Origin: a virus
Taxonomy: Duplodnaviria; Heunggongvirae; Uroviricota; Caudoviricetes
Reading direction: 5' to 3' (one strand)
Virus record (IMG/VR): IMGVR_UViG_2579778622_000016
Span: 1 to 20,747 of that record
Length of the DNA: 20,747 nt
Each line of letters begins with the position of its first letter. Positions within the stretch are counted from its first letter, which is position 1. Under the pieces are notes generated by a model. That model was not told where the DNA came from, did not search any database, and worked only from the letters and a program-made list of their open reading frames with translations. Below are positions 9,187 through 17,244 of the stretch, one piece after another. Both the position numbers and the translations under genes were made by a program.

Positions 9187-9876
9187 ATGACTGTGGGTAA
9201 TAAGAGACAGCCTAATGGATTACCTGAATATTATTGTCACCGTGGTAACGACATAAAAGATGCGATAGTTCGGGATTTTATTATTCAGCCTGTTGCACAC
9301 CTGAAACTTATTACTGGACAAACTAAAACCAGTTATTCCGGTTATCCGTTAACCGATCAGTACTATTGTTTTTCATTTAAAAAACGCTCTGATGAAAATT
9401 GTACAGGGGCTTTTTTCTGTGGTAGAGATGTTGCAAATGATTTCATTCGGCGTATCGGTTGTACAGAGCTGCCGTTATTTAATCCTATGAAATCGGATAC
9501 CAGTGCAGCAATAGAACGTTCCGGTTCTGGCTCAGGTAGTTCCGGTATTACTGTCAAGCCAAATGCTGACAAAAAGCTATTTATAGACGCAGCTCGTCTG
9601 TTAATGACGCTGTGGGATTCAACAAGTAAGGGACAAACCCCACTGGCGTCGGTTCTTAATGAAGCAATTTCTGGTGGTATAGATAAACCTCCAGAAATTA
9701 GACATGTAGTGGCGGTTAATACAATGTTGGGTAACACAAAAAATACTTTAACTGGCCTGCTGGATAAAGCAAGAGCGAAGTATCCTGATGTGTTATTCAG
9801 AGATTTTGATTTCACGCCTCTTAACGAGATTGTAAAACGTTCAAAATCATATAATAAGCATCCCCCTTGTTATTGA
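9187..9876 (+). CDS. Hypothetical two-domain protein (229 aa), opposite-strand accessory gene in the replication operon
   Basis: Strong SD AAGGAGA 7 nt upstream; visibly AT-richer than the flanking genes; Cys/His-rich N-domain, SGSGSGSSG linker, C-domain. No family recognised. Confidence 0.6.
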   Translation: MTVGNKRQPNGLPEYYCHRGNDIKDAIVRDFIIQPVAHLKLITGQTKTSYSGYPLTDQYYCFSFKKRSDENCTGAFFCGRDVANDFIRRIGCTELPLFNPMKSDTSAAIERSGSGSGSSGITVKPNADKKLFIDAARLLMTLWDSTSKGQTPLASVLNEAISGGIDKPPEIRHVVAVNTMLGNTKNTLTGLLDKARAKYPDVLFRDFDFTPLNEIVKRSKSYNKHPPCY

Positions 9877-10511
9877 GTATCAGACACTGTATTGGTAGGA
9901 AGGCCTATCATTTCATTTAATGTCTCTCGATGTACTGCTGGTGCTAAAGGGACTGGCGGTGCGTCTGTTGGAAGCAGTTCTTTAGCTTCGGGCCATACAT
10001 CCAGTAATCGTTTTACTGTCCGAACTTTATTTAGAGCCGCGCTGACGTTCTGTATGATTTCGGTTTCATCACTTTTAATTTGTGTGTAGAGAGCATCAAA
10101 GCTATAAAACTCCGTTACCAGAGGATCTTCGCCAAGTAGAGTAAATTCTGCAGGTGCTATTTTATTAATATGCTCGGGGGCTCCTGATTCATAACCTCTG
10201 TAGTTGCCATTGAAATAAATGTTTGCTCTGGCTCCAGCCAGATTGAGATATATGCAGCAATCTTTTCGAATTAAAGAACTATTGGTTTTTAATGAATCAG
10301 GGATTTTTGTTACCATGGATTCAATCTTTTTTAGATTTTTTAATATTTCAGCTTCTTTCTCTACGCCCCCGATAGCTGCAAGCCGAACACGTTCGGCCCA
10401 TTCAACACGAGCAGCTCGTAGTGCTGATTTACGTTTGGGGATTCCCGCTTTCTCAAGTGCGTTATTGATGATTTGAGTTTTAAGGTGATTAGTTAATACG
10501 GGCTGTGACAT
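9870..10511 (-). CDS. Hypothetical protein (213 aa)
   Basis: ORF with SD GAGGG upstream of the ATG at 10511 (the track's longer form to 10541 would run through a GC hairpin). 3' end overlaps the 9187..9876 gene by 7 bp. Family not recognised. Confidence 0.55.
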   Translation of the reverse strand: MSQPVLTNHLKTQIINNALEKAGIPKRKSALRAARVEWAERVRLAAIGGVEKEAEILKNLKKIESMVTKIPDSLKTNSSLIRKDCCIYLNLAGARANIYFNGNYRGYESGAPEHINKIAPAEFTLLGEDPLVTEFYSFDALYTQIKSDETEIIQNVSAALNKVRTVKRLLDVWPEAKELLPTDAPPVPLAPAVHRETLNEMIGLPTNTVSDTQ

Positions 10512-10529
10512 TATTCTTTCCCTCATGAG

Positions 10530-10554
10530 ATCCCCCAGCATGTAGCTGGGGGAT
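10530..10554. other. Perfect 10-bp GC-rich hairpin (ATCCCCCAGC-ATGTA-GCTGGGGGAT) between two co-directional minus-strand genes
   Basis: Perfect inverted repeat; on the plus strand it is followed by GAATATTTTT (terminator-like for rightward transcripts), on the minus strand it lies in the 5' leader of the 213-aa gene. Confidence 0.4.
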
Positions 10555-10562
10555 GAATATTT

Positions 10563-11111
10563 TTAAATTAGTGCTTCAGCATCAGCACCTTCGCTGATAT
10601 CGTCGAAATCGTCAGCGCTTGCCACTCCGCCGCCAGCGAATGCATCGCCGTCTCGCAGGAACTGGACTCCGCCGAGTGAGGCATTAATGCGTTTACCGAA
10701 ATTATTGTCCTGTGCCCAGATATCGATAACGGCGTTTACATAGCACCCTGCATAGGGACGTCCATCAGCCTGAATTAGTGGCGAACGATCGCGATCAAGA
10801 ACAGCTGGGCGCGCTTTGTTAGCAGCGTTCAGGAAGAAATTGCCGGGAAAGCCTTCATACTCTGCTTTTTCATCACCATCATGCAGGCACAGATTGAGTT
10901 TTTTCTCCAGCTGACTATAAATGGGCTCCCACTTCTCTCCCCATTTTTCCTTCGCTACCTGCTTCATAGCTTTACGGATTTCTTCCAGTTGTGGGTGTTT
11001 GGGAGACATTAAAAATACTGCGGAGAAACGCGGATCGCCTTCGCCGTTTACAGTTTTAGCTTCAAACAGAGACGGGAAGGCCAGGCGAACATTGTTCAGC
11101 TTCAGTTTCAT
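10563..11111 (-). CDS. DUF2815-like protein, putative phage ssDNA-binding protein
   Basis: 182 aa; N-terminus MKLKLNNVRLAFPSLFEAK and the acidic C-terminal tail DDFDDISEGADAEALI fit what I recall of DUF2815/gp2.5-like SSBs. SD AAGGAAA upstream. Confidence 0.7.
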   Translation of the reverse strand: MKLKLNNVRLAFPSLFEAKTVNGEGDPRFSAVFLMSPKHPQLEEIRKAMKQVAKEKWGEKWEPIYSQLEKKLNLCLHDGDEKAEYEGFPGNFFLNAANKARPAVLDRDRSPLIQADGRPYAGCYVNAVIDIWAQDNNFGKRINASLGGVQFLRDGDAFAGGGVASADDFDDISEGADAEALI

Positions 11112-11126
11112 GGGTATTTCCTTAAA

Positions 11127-12428
11127 TCAGATGAGGTCTGCGGTTAGCGTATCGTCGGATACGTCGTCGAAATCATTTACAGGGTTGATATTGAGTGCGG
11201 GGCGTGGGTCTGACTCGGGAACGACGGTGGGTTTTCCATCAGCTCGTGTTATCAGTGCCTCGACTTTTGACCAACGGCGCGGACTGGCCTTTTTGATAAG
11301 TTTTTCGGCTTTTGTGGGGCTAATAAGTTTAAAGTCGAATACTTCTTCAGTTTTGTACCTGAACTGGTCCTTCAGAAGTGCGCGAGCTGCCTCTTCATCA
11401 CTCCAGGCCCGGTTACCTTGTTTTCCTGTTACCAGTTTAAACCCCGGTACCGGATGTCCGGCATTGAGTTCATTGTGAACCCGGTCCCGTACTGCCTTTA
11501 GCCAAGATTCAATAAAGTCGGCCTGGCTATAGATCTCTGCAAGCTGCTCAATGGTTAACAGAGGTACACGTGCGCTGGCATTGGTGATTATTTCGCTGAC
11601 AGGCTTTGTCAGATCTTCAAAATCGCTGGCCGCTGTTTGTAAATGCTGCATTTTCTGGGCAGTGCAAATAGCTTTTGCTTTACAGAAGCGGCACTGTTTT
11701 TCTCCAGGTATGAAGTTTTCCAGCGGTAGTGTCTCAATGCCTTCGCATTCAGCAATATTGAGAACAAGGATCGCACTGGTTGCGGCCTCCAGCGCCCGTT
11801 CACCGAAAGACTGAAGTTCCTGTACGGTTAACGACCATTCTGAAACGTGGTTGAGCCTTGGTTGGTGAATAAATAATCTTACAGTTTCAAAGTCATACAG
11901 CATGCTGAATTGTTCAAGCGCACCCAGAGCATACAGTTGTAGTTGCTCATTTTGTTCTGCATCAATGCGGACGCCTTTGCCATATTTCAGGTCGTGGATT
12001 TGTAATTCGTTACCAGCGATGATTATGCCGTCGGCAGTTCCGAAAGATTCTTCCACACCCGTTATATGTGAGAAATCAACACGTTGTTCAACCAATAGTT
12101 CATTATTCTTTGCAAGAGTCCAGACCGTATCAACATACCGGCCGACGGCTTCGACCATTTCATCATCCACCTGTGGGCCAGATTTATCATCAGGATTTTC
12201 GCGAAGGGGGTATGAGCCGAGAAACATAGAAACATTGCATCCGGCGTAGTGTTCCGGGTGGCTTTGCCTGTTTCGTAGAACTTTTTCAGCAAGCGCGTGC
12301 GCTGCAGTGCCCTCGATTGCAAAAGTTGTTTCTTTATCCGGTTGTGTGGCCTCCAGCGCCAGACTTCCTGGGCAGCGCATCCATCGATGCGCTGATGATG
12401 GAGAAAGTTGTGCATGAACGTCTGGCAT
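11127..12428 (-). CDS. DUF2800-like PD-(D/E)xK nuclease (Cas4/RecB-like) with C-terminal Cys cluster
   Basis: 433 aa; [16 protein letters not shown]-terminal signature, [10 protein letters not shown] cluster, acidic tail [23 protein letters not shown] 6 nt upstream. Confidence 0.8.
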   Translation of the reverse strand: MPDVHAQLSPSSAHRWMRCPGSLALEATQPDKETTFAIEGTAAHALAEKVLRNRQSHPEHYAGCNVSMFLGSYPLRENPDDKSGPQVDDEMVEAVGRYVDTVWTLAKNNELLVEQRVDFSHITGVEESFGTADGIIIAGNELQIHDLKYGKGVRIDAEQNEQLQLYALGALEQFSMLYDFETVRLFIHQPRLNHVSEWSLTVQELQSFGERALEAATSAILVLNIAECEGIETLPLENFIPGEKQCRFCKAKAICTAQKMQHLQTAASDFEDLTKPVSEIITNASARVPLLTIEQLAEIYSQADFIESWLKAVRDRVHNELNAGHPVPGFKLVTGKQGNRAWSDEEAARALLKDQFRYKTEEVFDFKLISPTKAEKLIKKASPRRWSKVEALITRADGKPTVVPESDPRPALNINPVNDFDDVSDDTLTADLI

Positions 12429-12430
12429 GA

Positions 12431-13360
12431 TTAACCCTCCAGTGCTTTTTCAGCCAGGGTGATTACTTCAGCGAGATTTTCATCCGTTACTTCACCAAGT
12501 TTCCTGGCTCCCTGTTTTTCCAGAATTGCAATAGCTTCTGCCCGGTAACCCCCTTTTGCTAACTGGAGGATCAACCCTTCAGCTTGTTTGCGTAGTGCCG
12601 CGAAATCAATTGTATGGTCATCTTTGGCGTCATTATTCTGGCTGGAATTTGCTGCGTCTCTGCGTGCAAATTCTTCCTGCAGCTGAAGGTACTCAACACG
12701 GTTGATCTCGATATGGCCTTTTTTAAGCATCTCGTTCAACTTGCGTAAGGTGTGGAGTTCACTGGCTGCTGTGCCGGATACATTTTTGACGTAAAACGGC
12801 CCCGTGCGTTCTCCATCTTTGTTACTGGCCTTTTTCGGCTTAACTTCATCACGCCCATCCGCAGGTGCATCAAGTAGCTGCTCGGCAAAAGCACGTCGCT
12901 CGCCGATAGTTGGCAGGTCGTCCCAGAACTTAAGAATGTTGCGGGACAGGTCCAGAAGAGCGGGTTTATGCAGTGCCCTGGCTCGTTTGACGCCCTGCAA
13001 TGTGCTGTCGAGAGCATCAATCTGAACTACTCGTTTATCACCTTCAGCATCACGGTAGGCAACAGCACGTTGCAGCATGTCTTCTGTGATTTGCTGCGGT
13101 ACCGGGTAGAACGCTGCCAGTGCGATAACGTCGCTGAAATCCAGATCATCCAGTGTCATCGCCGCTTTATTTTCAGTTTCAGTTGCTGTTTCAGTTTCAA
13201 CAGCTGTTTCAGATGCTGTATCCCGACATTCCTGTACTTGTGAAATCGTGTCAGGATGCATAACAATACCTGACGCCATTGTGCGGATAAGACGTTCAAG
13301 CAGCACATTATGTTGCGCCAGAAGTTTATTATTAAGTTCGAGACTGGTTTCTAAGCTCAT
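12431..13360 (-). CDS. Hypothetical phage protein (309 aa) with internal acidic Thr/Glu/Ala repeat
   Basis: SD GAGGG upstream; start overlaps the upstream stop (ATGA). Contains [14 protein letters not shown] encoded by a GTTTCAG-type tandem repeat at 13171-13218. Confidence 0.6.
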   Translation of the reverse strand: MSLETSLELNNKLLAQHNVLLERLIRTMASGIVMHPDTISQVQECRDTASETAVETETATETENKAAMTLDDLDFSDVIALAAFYPVPQQITEDMLQRAVAYRDAEGDKRVVQIDALDSTLQGVKRARALHKPALLDLSRNILKFWDDLPTIGERRAFAEQLLDAPADGRDEVKPKKASNKDGERTGPFYVKNVSGTAASELHTLRKLNEMLKKGHIEINRVEYLQLQEEFARRDAANSSQNNDAKDDHTIDFAALRKQAEGLILQLAKGGYRAEAIAILEKQGARKLGEVTDENLAEVITLAEKALEG

Positions 13361-13506
13361 ACTGTGGCCCTCGCTACAAGGAGAATGAAAGTGATGATCA
13401 GGCCAAGTGCAGTGGCAACGACCAGACCTGTCATCAAATCGAAGTGTTTACGGCGATAACGGAGAACATCGCGCCCCGTCAGTCGATGGATGTGTTCAGG
13501 TTTCAT
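13357..13506 (-). CDS. Small membrane protein (about 49 aa, single C-terminal TM helix)
   Basis: [49 protein letters not shown]; SD AAGGA before the ATG at 13506; the track's longer form starts at a GTG without an SD. Confidence 0.45.
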   Translation of the reverse strand: MKPEHIHRLTGRDVLRYRRKHFDLMTGLVVATALGLIITFILLVARATV

Positions 13507-13565
13507 CGGTTGTATTCCTTTTTTCATATCGGGGAGCACGCTGTTGCGAGTGCGCTTTCAGACAT

Positions 13566-13591
13566 AAAAAAGCCCGTCACTTGCGGCGGGC
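13566..13591 (-). terminator. Rho-independent terminator (minus strand) after the first gene of the leftward operon
   Basis: Stem GCCCGTC (13572-13578) / GGCGGGC (13585-13591), one G-U pair, 6-nt loop; followed on the minus-strand RNA by U6 (plus A-run 13566-13571). Confidence 0.5.
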
Positions 13592-13622
13592 AAAGACTAC
13601 ACACAGCAATTACATGGATGAT

Positions 13623-13817
13623 TCAGTTGGTATTGTGCGTACGTGGTACCACGAGGTTGAAGCGGACACGCCAGTGCGTTGCAATGGTATGCAGGAAAGC
13701 ACCACATCTAGGGCAGTGCTCATAACATTCGTTGATTTGGTATCGTTTTGGCTTTGGTGTCTGAAGTTGTGTTTGGCAAGCAGGGCATTCACCTTTGAGC
13801 GGTTTATACGTTTTCAC
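13623..13817 (-). CDS. Small zinc-ribbon protein (64 aa), first gene of the leftward early operon
   Basis: GTG start with SD GAGGA; two CxxC pairs (CPAC ... CPRC). Confidence 0.5.
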   Translation of the reverse strand: MKTYKPLKGECPACQTQLQTPKPKRYQINECYEHCPRCGAFLHTIATHWRVRFNLVVPRTHNTN

Positions 13818-14020
13818 GCCGTTTCCTCATTCAGTTCACTTTGGTGGTTCGGCGGCTTCGACTTGTATCAGTAGACAGTGCTTCGCCGCACCCCAAAGGG
13901 AACTTACTGACCCGTATTGCCGACATCCTGTCCCGCCACGGTCCCGACGCATGGTTTAGAGTCGCGCCGTTCGACTTGATGAGGGATAAATTACTATGTT
14001 TATTGTATTACGTAAACCAC

Positions 14021-14055
14021 AAATATGGTATTTATGGTTGCAAAAATACCATATT
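14021..14055. promoter_or_regulatory. OL-like operator cluster (TATGGT / ACCATA half-sites)
   Basis: TATGGT at 14024-14029 and 14033-14038, inverted ACCATA at 14047-14052, inside an AT-rich stretch of the 323-bp non-coding region left of the repressor gene. Confidence 0.4.
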
Positions 14056-14140
14056 ATTGATATTTAAGTTAATTTAGTTGGTAGACAATCGGGGCGGGCG
14101 GTATGGCGGGAGGGCTTTTTCGCCCTCTTTCTGGATGGGA

Positions 14141-14764
14141 TTATCTTTTGCGGCGGTAAATACGATGTTCAATCATGACCCCTACGATCTGTAAGGGGAC
14201 ATCTGCACTTCGTAGCACGGGATAGTCGGGATTCAGGGGGACCAGTTCAAAATCATCAACGCCGATACCCAACGGGCGGTATTTTTTGAAAGTGGCCTCA
14301 TACCCGTTGTTCTTTGCAACGACGAATTCGCCAGGCATGGGGCATAAATCCGGGTCAATTATTACAATATCGCCTTCCTTAAACTCCGGTTGCATACTGT
14401 CACCATCTATCCGCAGGGCGAAGCAGGACTCAGGTACGTCGGAATCCGCGAGAACGTATTCCATATTTCCATCCATGTCCGTAGCGTCTTTTGCTTCCGT
14501 TAGCGCACCGGCCTGTACGTAACTGAGGATCGGGATGCGGCGGGTACTTATTTCCGCCAGGGGCATTATATTCCTGCCATTTAAAAGCCAGTCGGGACTG
14601 CATTTCAGTGCCTTTGAAAGCTCTATGATGTTGCGGGGCTTCCGGGTCTTTCCGCTTTCAATAGTCTCAATGGATTGCTGGCTGACCCCCGCGATTGCTG
14701 CAACTTCTGTTTGTGTCATCCCGAGTTCTGTACGGCGTGCTTTAAAGCGTTCTGCAAGTGACAT
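14141..14764 (-). CDS. CI-like prophage repressor (N-terminal HTH, C-terminal S24 LexA-like peptidase)
   Basis: HTH LGMTQTEVAAIAGVSQQSIETIESG; S24 motifs GDSM (Ser) and VVAKNNGYEATFKKY (Lys). SD AGGGGG upstream of the ATG at 14764; the track's extension to 14830 lacks an RBS. Confidence 0.85.
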   Translation of the reverse strand: MSLAERFKARRTELGMTQTEVAAIAGVSQQSIETIESGKTRKPRNIIELSKALKCSPDWLLNGRNIMPLAEISTRRIPILSYVQAGALTEAKDATDMDGNMEYVLADSDVPESCFALRIDGDSMQPEFKEGDIVIIDPDLCPMPGEFVVAKNNGYEATFKKYRPLGIGVDDFELVPLNPDYPVLRSADVPLQIVGVMIEHRIYRRKR

Positions 14765-14880
14765 GGTGTACCCCCTGATTCCTGATTTTTTGCTCTCCCT
14801 TATTAATACAATTTTTGTTGTAGTTGACAAACATCATTTATTGTCGCTAAATACCACATAAATTGTAGGAGACAATAATC
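14765..14880. promoter_or_regulatory. Divergent cI / cro promoter-operator region (OR-like)
   Basis: TTGACA at 14824-14829; inverted repeat TTATTGTC (14838-14845) / GACAATAA (14871-14878); AAATACCACAT (14850-14860); ATTGT-AGGAG-ACAAT palindrome whose centre is the cro SD. Confidence 0.5.
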
Positions 14881-15090
14881 ATGACACTTGCTACCCGAGT
14901 AAAAAACCAGCGTAAGGCTCTTGGCCTGACGCAGGTTATGCTGGCAGAACGCACAGGGATTAGCCAGCAGGCCATTAACCGCATTGAAAGCGGCCTTATA
15001 TCCCGTCCCCGTTATCTGCTGGAAATAGCTGTTGCCCTGAACTGCGACCCTAACTGGCTGTTGCATGGTACTCCCGCGGATAAGACGTAA
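14881..15090 (+). CDS. Cro-like HTH (XRE-family) regulator
   Basis: 69 aa; HTH LGLTQVMLAERTGISQQAINRIESG; SD AGGAG 9 nt upstream; divergent from the CI-like gene. Confidence 0.75.
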   Translation: MTLATRVKNQRKALGLTQVMLAERTGISQQAINRIESGLISRPRYLLEIAVALNCDPNWLLHGTPADKT

Positions 15091-15093
15091 CTT

Positions 15094-17238
15094 ATGGCCC
15101 AGATCAATCTCTCATACGGCCGGGAACTGGTAGACAACCTTCCTGTGCCCTGTACTGATGCCGATTTTAACCGGACATTTAAGCGTGTTAAAAAGTGGGC
15201 TCGTGCTATCGGCGCAACCAAACAGGATACAAAAAGCCAGCTTAACGCCAAAAAAGCGCGTCTGCCCTACATCTGGCACGCAATGAAGGACGTCACCAAA
15301 GGTCGTAACGCTGCTAATGCGGGCAACCGTGATGTGCTCTTCATGGATATGGACGGCTGTAACGCGCCTGCATGGGGCGCTTTACGCGATGCGCTGGCCT
15401 GTTTCTCATGTTTCACCTATTCAACGCCAAGTCATCTGCACCCCACTGCAAACGGGGAACATCGCTGGCGTATCTGCCTGGAGCTGAGTCGCCAGGTCAC
15501 GCCCGAAGAGTACAAGCGTCTTGGCCTTGCGGTTGAAAACTGGCTGATGGATTGTATCAGCCTGCTGGACGATTACACCGTCAAGTGGGACCACAGCGTT
15601 TACAACCCGGACCATATGGTTTTTGCCCCTGATGAAAAGGCCATCTTTGAACGTTTTACCGGGGAACCTGTTGACGTTGATATCCTGTTGGCCAGCGCAC
15701 CGGAAGTTACCATCCCTGAAAAAGCATCTTCCACAGACCGCGATGATTTGTCACGCGCTGTCGAACTGAACGGCATCAGTCAGGAAACTTTTGACGACCT
15801 GCGCGAAGTGATGTGGCATCCGGCTGTACTGGCGGACGCTGAGCCGGGTTGCGGTAAATACCATAGCTGGGCGGCGATGGGAAATCGTCTGGCATGGTTT
15901 AAGGGAACCGACTGGGAAGACGCAGCCCGTCAGCTTTGGGTCGACTGGTCGATAGCGGGTGGTGGCGATGGCATCAGCGCTGAACATAAATGGGACAGTA
16001 ACCAGCTTACCGCCGAACGAACCGGTTACCAGGCCATTTTCGCCCATGCGCAGAAAGCAGGGGTCGCTAACCCCGCGACCGACCGTATGCGCGGTTTTGT
16101 CGCCGGTGCGAATGACTTCGACGAGTTGCCACCGGAAAAACCGGAGCTGCCAAAGTCCAGACCGCACACAGGCGGCTACGGTAAGCCGGGAAAGTTCATC
16201 ATTGAAGGGATGGTGCCGCACGGGGTGACCATGCTCTATGGAGCTTCGTCATCGTTCAAATCCTATGGCGTTATCTCCATGCTCTGCCGTGTGGCGACGA
16301 AAACTCATCGCTGGGGCGGGCGTAACCTCAAAGGTGGCGCTGTTCTGTATGTTGCCGCTGAGGGTGGCAGCTCCGTTATGCCGCGTGTCGGCGCATGGGC
16401 GGATAAGTACAATGACGGTAAGCCACTGGATTTGTTCTACACCCTGCCACTGGCGGTTGATCTCTCTGTCCCCGCAAACGTCACAAAGATGGTAAACGAG
16501 ATTAAGCGCATAGCGTACCACACCGGCGAACCTGTCCGGCTTGTGGCCGTCGACACGCTGTCGCAGTCCATGATGCAGGGCGAGGAAAACAGCGCCAGTG
16601 ATGTGGCAAAATTCATGGCGGGCGCAACCAGGGTGTTCACCGAAACGGGCGCAGCGGTGATTATCGTTCACCACAGCGGCAAAGACAGCAGTAAGGGGAT
16701 GCGTGGCTCTTCTGCTGCCTTTGCTAACGCCGATGCGGTCATTCGCGTGGAACGCATCGGCGACGCGGTGAACCTGATTAACGAGAAACAGCGTACCGGT
16801 CCGGTACAGCCGACCCGCGGTTACATGGTACCGACAGTGCAGCTTCCTGACGACGTTATCGCGGCTAACGAAACGTACGATGATGAGTATACCAGCACTG
16901 AAGGGGAAGTATATGACCCTGTAAGGCTTACCACCGAGCGCGTGTTTGAAGATGCACCAATGGCGGAGATCACCCCACTGCTGGTGGATAAGGGCGACGG
17001 GAATACCAAAGGCAGCAGCGATGAATCCTGGGTATGGGAAAAGCTGGAGGCCTCCGGCGGCAGCATCAACCGTTCTGCGCTTCGCGAGTTATGGAAGGAT
17101 GAAACCGATAAAAGTACCGGTCAGTTACGTGCGGTTCTGGGGCGCATGAAAGAGAAGTATTACATCGTTGAGCGCGACGGCGTAATCAGGGATCCGCTAT
17201 GCAATGGCGTACCACCTGGAGGGGATGAAATTGCTTAA
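15094..17238 (+). CDS. Replication protein: N-terminal AEP primase-polymerase domain fused to a RecA-fold (AAA_25/RepA-like) helicase/ATPase
   Basis: 714 aa; AEP motifs VLFMDMDG (DxD) and TPSHLHP (SxH); C-terminal P-loop region GASSSFKS, Walker-B-like LVAVDTL and VIIVHHSGKD. Confidence 0.75.
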   Translation: MAQINLSYGRELVDNLPVPCTDADFNRTFKRVKKWARAIGATKQDTKSQLNAKKARLPYIWHAMKDVTKGRNAANAGNRDVLFMDMDGCNAPAWGALRDALACFSCFTYSTPSHLHPTANGEHRWRICLELSRQVTPEEYKRLGLAVENWLMDCISLLDDYTVKWDHSVYNPDHMVFAPDEKAIFERFTGEPVDVDILLASAPEVTIPEKASSTDRDDLSRAVELNGISQETFDDLREVMWHPAVLADAEPGCGKYHSWAAMGNRLAWFKGTDWEDAARQLWVDWSIAGGGDGISAEHKWDSNQLTAERTGYQAIFAHAQKAGVANPATDRMRGFVAGANDFDELPPEKPELPKSRPHTGGYGKPGKFIIEGMVPHGVTMLYGASSSFKSYGVISMLCRVATKTHRWGGRNLKGGAVLYVAAEGGSSVMPRVGAWADKYNDGKPLDLFYTLPLAVDLSVPANVTKMVNEIKRIAYHTGEPVRLVAVDTLSQSMMQGEENSASDVAKFMAGATRVFTETGAAVIIVHHSGKDSSKGMRGSSAAFANADAVIRVERIGDAVNLINEKQRTGPVQPTRGYMVPTVQLPDDVIAANETYDDEYTSTEGEVYDPVRLTTERVFEDAPMAEITPLLVDKGDGNTKGSSDESWVWEKLEASGGSINRSALRELWKDETDKSTGQLRAVLGRMKEKYYIVERDGVIRDPLCNGVPPGGDEIA

Positions 17239-17244
17239 TTTTAC

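Noticed and set aside
13841-14077. 78-aa plus-strand ORF in the region left of the repressor gene
   Set aside because: It begins at a TTG without an SD and runs through the operator-like AT-rich repeats; this region is more plausibly regulatory DNA.
14765-14830. N-terminal extension of the CI-like ORF (MSTTTKIVLIRESKKSGIRGYT)
   Set aside because: It has no RBS and would consume the cI-cro promoter/operator region; the ATG at 14764 has a good SD and starts right at the HTH domain.
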